Assembly: GCA_963775425.1 (NCBI GenBank)
Contig: CAVZJB010000004.1
Coordinates: 416,001 to 480,000, forward strand
DNA: 64,000 nucleotides
Reading direction: 5' to 3'
DNA from: an uncultured delta proteobacterium
GTDB lineage: Bacteria; Myxococcota; UBA727; VGSZ01
Positions 57,042 to 64,000 of this stretch are shown here, piece after piece. Within the stretch, counting starts at the first letter, position 1. Each line of letters opens with the position of its first letter. The position numbers and the translations under genes were made by a program. The notes beneath the pieces are model-generated. The model ran no database searches and was not told the origin of the DNA. It was given only the letters and a program-made list of their open reading frames with translations.

Positions 57042-57623
57042 GTGCGCGCCGTCCCCGTCCTCGTCCTCGTCCTCGTCTGCGGCTGCGCCGTCGGGCTCGC
57101 GGGCCCGGCGCGGGCCGACAGCGTCGCGCTGCTGCCGGCGGTCGGCGACGGCGTCGCCCTCGACGACCTCGCGCGCATCATCGATCAACGGGTGCGCCGC
57201 GGCGCCGAGAAGGCCTTCGGCGACAAGCTCCAAAGGGGCGCCTCGACGCGCAAGAACCTCGACGACGCCGCCGGCCGCGGGCTCGGCTGCGACCGCGCCG
57301 GCGTGTTCGCTCCGGGCGCCGTCCTCGACTGCGTCGTCCAGGCCGGCGTGGTCTGCAACGCCGAGACCGGGGGACCGCACGAGCTGGTGGTGAGCGCCGA
57401 CGGCTTCGCCGCGGCCACGTTCCCCGTCGTCGTCGAGAGCGGCGCCGCCGCCGCCGTCGACGCCACGCTCACGCCTGCGCACGTCGCCGCGCGGCCCCCG
57501 GCGCCGCCCCGCCGCCGGAGGCCGCGCGGGCCGCCGCTCGCGGCGTTCATCGCGGGCGGCGCGACGGCCGCGGCCGGCGTGGTCGCCGTCGTCGTGGGCC
57601 TGATGCCACGGCTCTTTCCCTGA
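57042..57623 (+). CDS. Exported hypothetical protein with a partial PEGA-like segment (possibly truncated)
   Basis: Signal peptide (ARADS), GPHELVVSADGFAAATFPVVVESG and a C-terminal hydrophobic helix. Confidence 0.5.
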   Translation: MRAVPVLVLVLVCGCAVGLAGPARADSVALLPAVGDGVALDDLARIIDQRVRRGAEKAFGDKLQRGASTRKNLDDAAGRGLGCDRAGVFAPGAVLDCVVQAGVVCNAETGGPHELVVSADGFAAATFPVVVESGAAAAVDATLTPAHVAARPPAPPRRRRPRGPPLAAFIAGGATAAAGVVAVVVGLMPRLFP

Positions 57624-57695
57624 ACGTCGGGAGGCATGGGCGAGAGAAGGCGATGACGCGGTGATTCTAGACAGCGCGCCCGCGTGCGGCGCGGC

Positions 57696-58577
57696 TCAGG
57701 CGAGGGAGAGGAGCCGGCGGGCCTCGTCCACCGTGGCCGGCTCGCGGCCCACGAGGCGCGTGAGCTCCGCGGCCTTCTCGACGAGGGCGCCGTTGCTCTT
57801 GGCCATCTCCCCGTCGGGCAAGTAGAAGTTGTCCTCGAGACCGACCCGGATGTTGCCGCCGAGCACCAGCGAGCTCGCCACCAACCGCCACTGCGGCTTG
57901 CCGATGCCGATGACCTCCCAGGTCGACCCCGGCGGCACGATGCTCTTTTGGAGCTGGAGCGCCTCGATGGTGGTCGGCAGCCCGCCGAGCACGCCCATGA
58001 TGAACGAGAACTGCGTCGGCTTCTTGAGCTTGCCCGCGTCGTACAGCGGCCAGATGGAGTTGGTGTGGCCGCTGTCGAAGCACTCGAGCTCCGGCTTGAC
58101 GCCGCTGTCGTTCATCGCCGCCAACAGCCGCTCGATCTTGCCGAACGTGTTGTCGAAGACCATGTCGAAGACGAAGGCCTTCCGCTTCGACGAGTACTTT
58201 GCGTAGTTCATGGTGCCCATGTTCAGCGCGGCGATCTCCGGGCGCGTCTCCCGGATGATGGCCTCCTGCATGGACGTGTCGTCGCCGATGCTGCCGGTGG
58301 AGAAGTTGAGGATGATGGGGCAGCGCTTGCGCACCTCTTCCTTGATCTTGCGGAAGGTGTCGAGCTCCCAGGAGGGGCCGCCGTCGTCGGTGCGGCCATG
58401 GATGTGAACGCAGGCGGCGCCGGCGTCGTAGCAGCGCTTGGCCTCCTCGGCGAGCTCCACGGGCGTGTACGGCAGGTATGGGCACTGCGCGCGCGTGGCG
58501 AGGACGCCCGTGAGCGCCGCGGTGATGATCACCTTGTCCGACTGTGTCTTGCCCTCATGGGCGGCCTGCGTCGTCAT
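57696..58577 (-). CDS. Beta-keto acid cleavage enzyme (BKACE / DUF849, Kce family)
   Basis: IITAALTG, PYTPVE, AGAACVHIHGR, STG, LNMGTMN, PELECFD, GGNIRVGLEDN. Confidence 0.93.
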   Translation of the reverse strand: MTTQAAHEGKTQSDKVIITAALTGVLATRAQCPYLPYTPVELAEEAKRCYDAGAACVHIHGRTDDGGPSWELDTFRKIKEEVRKRCPIILNFSTGSIGDDTSMQEAIIRETRPEIAALNMGTMNYAKYSSKRKAFVFDMVFDNTFGKIERLLAAMNDSGVKPELECFDSGHTNSIWPLYDAGKLKKPTQFSFIMGVLGGLPTTIEALQLQKSIVPPGSTWEVIGIGKPQWRLVASSLVLGGNIRVGLEDNFYLPDGEMAKSNGALVEKAAELTRLVGREPATVDEARRLLSLA

Positions 58578-58578
58578 G

Positions 58579-59052
58579 TCATGCCTCAGGGAACGGGGTG
58601 TCCATCCCGCGCACGAGCGCGAGGAGCTTCTTGCGAATGCGGGCGAGGTCGTCCGGGGGCGGCGGCGCGTCGCTGGAGCTGTCGGCGACGGCGTCGTCGA
58701 CGTCCTCGGCGCCGTAGTCGAGGCTGTCGTCGACCTGGCCGAGCTCCGCGGACAGCTCACGCTCGCCGATCTCCCTGAACGCGGCGATGACGAGCGCGCG
58801 GGCGGAGGGGCTCTCGAGGTCCCAGAGCACCTCTTTGAGCGTGTCGCCCTGCTCGAAGGCCGCCACCACGCGCGCCAACAGCAGCGTGGCGCGCCACGCC
58901 TCGGGCAGGTGGCCGCAGGCCACGGGGAACGACTCGTCCCGCGCCTCCGCGCGGGTCTCGAGGATACCGATGAGCTCGACGACGGCGCGCGGCCCGAGCG
59001 CGCGCAGCGCGGCGACTGAGTGGGACGAGAAGGGATCGAGGCGGTTGCTCAT
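58579..59052 (-). CDS. Hypothetical acidic protein (possibly DUF4375/DMP19-like)
   Basis: Tightly packed in the operon (1-nt gaps on both sides); helical and acidic. Family call is weak. Confidence 0.6.
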   Translation of the reverse strand: MSNRLDPFSSHSVAALRALGPRAVVELIGILETRAEARDESFPVACGHLPEAWRATLLLARVVAAFEQGDTLKEVLWDLESPSARALVIAAFREIGERELSAELGQVDDSLDYGAEDVDDAVADSSSDAPPPPDDLARIRKKLLALVRGMDTPFPEA

Positions 59053-59053
59053 A

Positions 59054-60625
59054 TCAAACGGGCATAATCGCGTGCTTGCGCGGCGGCAAATGACCGCGCT
59101 TCCGGCAGGCGGTGGACAGCGCCGCGATCAGGACCTTCCGGGTGTCCCGGGGGTCGATGACGTCGTCGACGTAGGTGCGGGCCGCCGGGATGTAGGGGTT
59201 GATCAGGTCCCGGAAGCCCTCCACCAGCTCCGCCCGGGTCTTGTCGGGCTCGCTCGAGGCCTCGATCTGCTTGCGGAACGCGATGTTGACCGCGCCCTCC
59301 GGCCCCATCACGGAGATCTCGGCGGTGGGCCAGGCAACGATGAGGTCGGGCCGATAGCCCTTGCCGCACATGACGTAGTAGCCGGCGCCGTAGCCCTTGC
59401 GCACGACGACGGTGAGCTTGGGGACCGTCGCCCGCGACACCGCGAAGAGCATCTTGGCGCCGTGGCGGATGATGCCCTCCTTCTCCGTCTTCACGCCGAC
59501 CATGAAGCCGGGCACGTCCTGGAGGAACAAGAGCGGGATGCCGAACGCGTCGCAGGTCTCGATGAAGCGGGCGGCCTTGTCGGCCGGGTCATTGGTGAGG
59601 ACCCCGCCCATGTGCTTGCTGTTCGATGCCACCACGCCCACCGGACGACCGCCCATGCGGACGAGGGTGGTGATGATGGCCTGGCCGAACTTGGGCTTGA
59701 GCTCGAGGACGGGGCCGTCCGTGTCGGCGAGCCGGGCGATGAGCCCGTGCATGTCCATGGGCGCGCGGTTGTTCTCCGGCACGAGCGAGGCCGCGTCTTC
59801 GATCCGCCGCGCCGGCGCGTCGCTCGTGGGGTACGTGGGCACGGGGTCGTCGAAGCTCGACGGAAAGAACGACAGCCACGTCTTGATGGTGGCGAGCATG
59901 TGGTCGTCGTCGTCGACCTCGAGGTCGCCGACGCCGGACTCGCGGCAGTGCACCTTGGAGCCCCCGAGCTCCTCGGCGGTGACGTCGGCGCCGGTGGCGG
60001 CCTTCACGAGCGGCGGGCCCGCGAGCGCCATCGACGACGTCTTCTTCACCATGGGCACGAAGTCGGCGAGCCCGGGGACGTAGGCGGTGCCGGCGGCGCA
60101 CGGACCCATCATCGCCGCCACCTGCGGGATGACGCCCGACATCATGACCTGGTCGAAGAACATCTGGCCCGAACCGGCGAACATCGCCGTGGTGGCCTCC
60201 TGCACACGGGCGCCGGCGCTGTCGAGGAGCCAGACGATGGGGATGCGCCGCTCGAGCGCCAGCTCGCGCAGGCGGTGGCACTTGAGCTCGGTGTTCTGCC
60301 CGATGCTGCCGGCCATGACGGTGAAGTCGTACGCGATCGCGGCGACGGGGCGGCCGTCGACGAGGCCGCTGCCGACGACGACGCCGTCGGCGGGCGTCTC
60401 CCGCCCGGCCATCATGGGCGACTCGCTGGTGTGGTGCGCGTGGATCATCAGCTCGGTGAACGTGCTGTTGCCGTCGCCGTCCTTGTCGAAGAACCGGTCG
60501 ATGCGCTCCCGGCAGGTGAGCTTCTTGGCCGCGTGCTGCTTGGCGACCGCGTCCTCCCCGCCCATGCGCTTGATGCGGGCCACGCGCTCCTCGAGGTCGC
60601 GCAGCTTGTCGTCGAGGATCGTCAT
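59054..60625 (-). CDS. Acyl-CoA carboxylase / decarboxylase carboxyltransferase subunit
   Basis: ADGVV, DFTVMAGS, DSAGARVQE, GPCAAG, DVPGFMVG, RKGYGAG, AWPTAEISVMG. Confidence 0.93.
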   Translation of the reverse strand: MTILDDKLRDLEERVARIKRMGGEDAVAKQHAAKKLTCRERIDRFFDKDGDGNSTFTELMIHAHHTSESPMMAGRETPADGVVVGSGLVDGRPVAAIAYDFTVMAGSIGQNTELKCHRLRELALERRIPIVWLLDSAGARVQEATTAMFAGSGQMFFDQVMMSGVIPQVAAMMGPCAAGTAYVPGLADFVPMVKKTSSMALAGPPLVKAATGADVTAEELGGSKVHCRESGVGDLEVDDDDHMLATIKTWLSFFPSSFDDPVPTYPTSDAPARRIEDAASLVPENNRAPMDMHGLIARLADTDGPVLELKPKFGQAIITTLVRMGGRPVGVVASNSKHMGGVLTNDPADKAARFIETCDAFGIPLLFLQDVPGFMVGVKTEKEGIIRHGAKMLFAVSRATVPKLTVVVRKGYGAGYYVMCGKGYRPDLIVAWPTAEISVMGPEGAVNIAFRKQIEASSEPDKTRAELVEGFRDLINPYIPAARTYVDDVIDPRDTRKVLIAALSTACRKRGHLPPRKHAIMPV

Positions 60626-61422
60626 CGGCCGCTCCACTTGGGCTCGCGCTTTTCGAAGAACGCGCTGATGCCCTCCGCGGCGTCTTCGAGCTGGATGTTC
60701 AGGGTGAGCTGGTCGCGCAGGAAGCCGAGCTTCTGCTCGAAGGGCATGTCGCGTTGGTTGGCGATGGCGCGCTTACCGAGCTGCAACACCGACGGCGACA
60801 GCGACGCGAGCTGCGCGGCGTACGCCACCCCCTCGCGCAGCACGTCGCCACGAGGGACGACGCGGTTGACGACGCCGACGTCGACGGCACGCTGCCCGCG
60901 CACCTTGCCGCCCAGGAGCACGAGCTCGTTGGCGGCCTTGGCAGGGAGCTGCTCGTAGATGAGCGCGGCGATCATCATGGGGAACAACCCGCGCTTGACC
61001 TCGGGTGTTCCGAGGTCGGCGTCGTCCGCGGCGACGGCGAGGTCGCACGCGAGCACGAGGCCGAAGCCGCCACCGAGCGCCATGCCGTTCACCGCGCCGA
61101 CGACGGGCTTGGACATGCGCCGGAACTGCAGGAGCAGCTCGGCGAACAGGCCGCGCCTTTTGTGCTGCTCGAAGAAGCCTTCCCCCTGCATGCCGCCGCC
61201 GAGGTCGCCGCCGGCGCAGAACGCGGCCCGCTCGCCCTCACCGGCGCCGGTGAGCACGAGCGCCCGCACGTCGTCGTCCTTGTCGGCGTCGGCGAGCGCG
61301 GCGCGCAGGGCGTCGACGAGCTCGGGCGACAGGGCGTTTTTGCGCTCGGGCCGGTTGAGGGTGAGGACGCGCACGCCCCGTTGGCCGCCGGGGTGGTCCT
61401 CGATGAGGAGCACGCCGCTCAT
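60622..61422 (-). CDS. Enoyl-CoA hydratase / isomerase family protein
   Basis: LNRPERKNALS, AFCAGGDL, ALGGGFGL, PEVKRG, EGISAFFEKREP. Confidence 0.93.
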   Translation of the reverse strand: MSGVLLIEDHPGGQRGVRVLTLNRPERKNALSPELVDALRAALADADKDDDVRALVLTGAGEGERAAFCAGGDLGGGMQGEGFFEQHKRRGLFAELLLQFRRMSKPVVGAVNGMALGGGFGLVLACDLAVAADDADLGTPEVKRGLFPMMIAALIYEQLPAKAANELVLLGGKVRGQRAVDVGVVNRVVPRGDVLREGVAYAAQLASLSPSVLQLGKRAIANQRDMPFEQKLGFLRDQLTLNIQLEDAAEGISAFFEKREPKWSGR

Positions 61423-61476
61423 GGCCGCGCCGCCGGCACGAAGACGTCGACCTCGTCCCCCGCGTGTTGGACGGGC

Positions 61477-62625
61477 TCAGCCATCGAGGAGCTCTCGAGC
61501 GATGAGCTCGCGCTGGATCTCGCTGGTGCCTTCGCCGATGGGTCCGAGGCGCGCGTCGCGATAGAGGCGCTCCACGGCGTAGTCGTCGGTGTAGCCCCAG
61601 CCGCCGTGGATCTGGACGGCGGCGTCGGTGAGCCGCACCGCCATCTCGCACGCGTACGTCTTGGCCACGGAGGCGCGCGCGCCGAGGTGCTCGCCCTTGC
61701 TCTTGCGCCACGCGCACTGCCTGGCCATGAGGCGCGCGGCGTCGAGCTCGATCTTCATGTCGGCGATCTTGAAGTGCACCGCCTGCAGCCGCGCGATGGG
61801 CTTGCCGAACGCCGTGCGCTCCTGCGCGTACTTGCGCGCGGCGTCGTAGGCGGCCTCGGCGATGCCGATGCCGAAGTGGCACATGCCGATGCGGCCGAGC
61901 TCCAGGGTCTGCATCGCCTGGATGAACCCCTGCCCGACCTCGCCGATGACGTCGTCCTTCGTGAGGGCCACGTCCTCGAAGACGAGGCCGCCGGTGGGCG
62001 AGCCGCGCAGGCCCATCTTCTTGTACGGCGCGGTCTTTTGGACGCCCGCCCTGTCGAGGTCGACGCCGAACATGGTGACGCCGCCGTAGCCGGCGTCGGG
62101 ATCGGTGACGGCCATGACGACGGCGACGTCGGCGACGGGGGCGTTGGTGATGAGCGCCTTCTCACCGTTCAGCACCCACGCGTCGCCGTTTTGCACCGCG
62201 CGGGTCTTGATGGCCGCCGCGTCCGTGCCCGCGCCGGGCTCGGTGAGCGCGAAGCAGCCGATCTTGTCGAGCGCGATGATCGGCTTGAGCCAGCGCTCCT
62301 TCTGCGCGTCGGTGCCGAAGTGGAAGATGGGCGCGCCGCACAAGCCGATGGAGGCGCCGGCGGAGAGAAACGTGGCCGCGCAGTGCTTGGCCAACGACTC
62401 CTCCGCCATGGCCCGCCGCAGCCACGCGGTCTCGCCGTCGTGGATGCCGAAGGGCGCCGGGTAGAAGAGCTGGAAGAAGCCGATCTCCTTGAGGTCGCCG
62501 AGGTTCTCCTTGGGCAACGCGCCTTCCTGGTCGGCCTTCTTGGCGCGCGCGCCGATGCGATCGCGACAGAACTTGTCGAACGCCTCGGCGAACTGCCGGT
62601 CCTCGTCGTTGATGCTCAGGTCCAT
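61477..62625 (-). CDS. Acyl-CoA dehydrogenase
   Basis: [46 protein letters not shown]. Confidence 0.95.
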   Translation of the reverse strand: MDLSINDEDRQFAEAFDKFCRDRIGARAKKADQEGALPKENLGDLKEIGFFQLFYPAPFGIHDGETAWLRRAMAEESLAKHCAATFLSAGASIGLCGAPIFHFGTDAQKERWLKPIIALDKIGCFALTEPGAGTDAAAIKTRAVQNGDAWVLNGEKALITNAPVADVAVVMAVTDPDAGYGGVTMFGVDLDRAGVQKTAPYKKMGLRGSPTGGLVFEDVALTKDDVIGEVGQGFIQAMQTLELGRIGMCHFGIGIAEAAYDAARKYAQERTAFGKPIARLQAVHFKIADMKIELDAARLMARQCAWRKSKGEHLGARASVAKTYACEMAVRLTDAAVQIHGGWGYTDDYAVERLYRDARLGPIGEGTSEIQRELIARELLDG

Positions 62626-62654
62626 GGTGGTTCCTCGATGTCTGTCCGCGGCGT

Positions 62655-63815
62655 TCAGAAGCCGAGGTCGAGCTCGGCGCGCGCGATGATGGAGCGTTGG
62701 ATCTCCGACGTGCCGCCGCCGATGGTGCCGAGCAGCGAATCGCGCACGGCTCTCTCGACGTGGTACTCGACGGTGAAGCCGTTGCCGCCGTGGATCTGCA
62801 CGGCGTCGCGCGCGCTCTTCTGCGAAGCCTCGCTGACGAACACCTTGGCGATGGCGGCGTCGACGAGCGGCGGATCTTCCGTGTTGTCGAGCTGCCAGGC
62901 CACGCGGTGGATGAGGTTCCTGCCGAGCTCGTAGCGGATCTTCATGTCGGCGATCATCTGGCGCACCGCCTGGAACCGCGCGATGGGCTTGCCGAACTGT
63001 TTGCGCTCCTTGGCGTACTGCACGCAGCGCTCGAGGTTGGCGCGCATCCCGCCGAGGGGCGGCGCCAGGAGCTGGCTGCGCTCCCAGCCGAAGATGAGCT
63101 TCACGGTGCCGACGAAGCCGGTGTTCAGCTCGCCGAGGAGGTTCTCCTCGGGGACCTCGCAGTCCTCGAGCACGATCTCCGACGTCGTCGACGTGCGCAC
63201 GCCCGCCTTGTCGATGTGCTGTCCGACGCGGAAGCCGGGGAAGTCCTTCTCGACGATGAACGTGGAGATGCCGAACGCCTTGGCCTCCGGCTCCGTCACC
63301 GCGGTGACGACGAAGTGGTTGGCGATGGGCCCGTTGGTGATCCACATCTTGGTGCCGTTCAGCACCCAGCGATCGCCCTTCTTCACCGCCCGCATCTTCA
63401 TGGCCGCGGCGTCGGAGCCCGAGTCCGGCTCGCTCAAGCAGAAGGCGCCGATCCACTCGCCGCTCGCCATCTTGGGCAGGTAGCGCTTCTTTTGCGCCTC
63501 CGTGCCGAGCTTCCAGATGGGCACGCCGCACAGGATGGTGGAGGCGCCCCAGGCGAGGGAGACGCCGCCGTCGTGCCCGCCGTAGGTGAAGGCCTCCTGG
63601 ATGAGCGTGTTGTCGAGCGCCGACAGCGCGGTGCCGCCGTACTCCTCGGGGTACGGCGCGCCGAGCAGGCCGCCCTCGGCCATCTTCTTCCAGATGTCCC
63701 AATCCCAGCGGCCGCTCTTGTCGCGCTCGAGGACCGTGGGCGCGACGATGCGCGCCCCGAGCTCACGGGCGCCCTCGTACAGCGCCTCCTGCTCCCTGGA
63801 GAATTCGAAGTTCAT
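62655..63815 (-). CDS. Acyl-CoA dehydrogenase
   Basis: [45 protein letters not shown]. Confidence 0.95.
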   Translation of the reverse strand: MNFEFSREQEALYEGARELGARIVAPTVLERDKSGRWDWDIWKKMAEGGLLGAPYPEEYGGTALSALDNTLIQEAFTYGGHDGGVSLAWGASTILCGVPIWKLGTEAQKKRYLPKMASGEWIGAFCLSEPDSGSDAAAMKMRAVKKGDRWVLNGTKMWITNGPIANHFVVTAVTEPEAKAFGISTFIVEKDFPGFRVGQHIDKAGVRTSTTSEIVLEDCEVPEENLLGELNTGFVGTVKLIFGWERSQLLAPPLGGMRANLERCVQYAKERKQFGKPIARFQAVRQMIADMKIRYELGRNLIHRVAWQLDNTEDPPLVDAAIAKVFVSEASQKSARDAVQIHGGNGFTVEYHVERAVRDSLLGTIGGGTSEIQRSIIARAELDLGF

Positions 63816-64000
63816 GGCGACACCTTCCCGACGGCGCCGTGGCGCAACAGCGACGTCAACGAGCTCTTCATGCTTTCGAGCGTCACCGACGACTGCACCG
63901 TGCTGCGCGCGCCGTTGTGCGTGAGGACGAAGGAGACGAAGGCGGTCTCGAGCGATCCGATGAACAGGATGCTCATGGCGTACGGATCGAGCCCGTGGTG
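63812..64000 (-). CDS. 3' end of a probable TetR/AcrR family regulator (partial)
   Basis: Not in the ORF track; translated by hand as HHGLDPYAMSILFIGSLETAFVSFV...[19 protein letters not shown]. Its stop overlaps the ACAD start (ATGA). Confidence 0.55.
   Translation of the reverse strand, partial: HHGLDPYAMSILFIGSLETAFVSFVLTHNGARSTVQSSVTLESMKSSLTSLLRHGAVGKVSP

Noticed and set aside
61477-63702. Apparent 741-aa fused acyl-CoA dehydrogenase
   Set aside because: The first ~359 codons are an off-frame overlap with the upstream ACAD. The real start is ATG 62625 after GAGGA.

Overview
Very GC-rich bacterial DNA whose gene content points to Myxococcota (inference from gene families). Positions 1-13.2 kb hold an Agl-Glt/Nfs-type gliding or surface-transport locus: gltK is divergent from gltB-A-C-D-E-F-F'-G, followed by a second, FHA-less gltG paralog that runs off the left edge and is missing from the ORF track. 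Three matching ECF-sigma-like promoters (GGAAC-N16/17-GTC) sit in front of gltF, gltG and the second gltG. Further right are a frameshifted vWA gene, an orphan ~1126-aa protein with a C-terminal hydrophobic hairpin, a CglB-like vWA lipoprotein, proS, a Ser/Thr kinase pair and REP-like repeats. The spoIID-queA-tgt-yajC-secD-secF block is split by inserted genes, including a PAS histidine kinase with a degenerate ATPase domain and a triple-deleted MacB-type permease relic. After secF come a 30-bp tandem repeat, a TonB-less TolQ-ExbD-ExbD (AglRQS-like) motor triplet, an MmpL transporter, and a TetR-ACAD-ACAD-hydratase-carboxyltransferase-BKACE catabolic operon. Many stand-alone genes look leaderless. 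I saw no rRNA, tRNA, CRISPR array or intact mobile element. All product calls come from motif recognition and synteny, not database searches.
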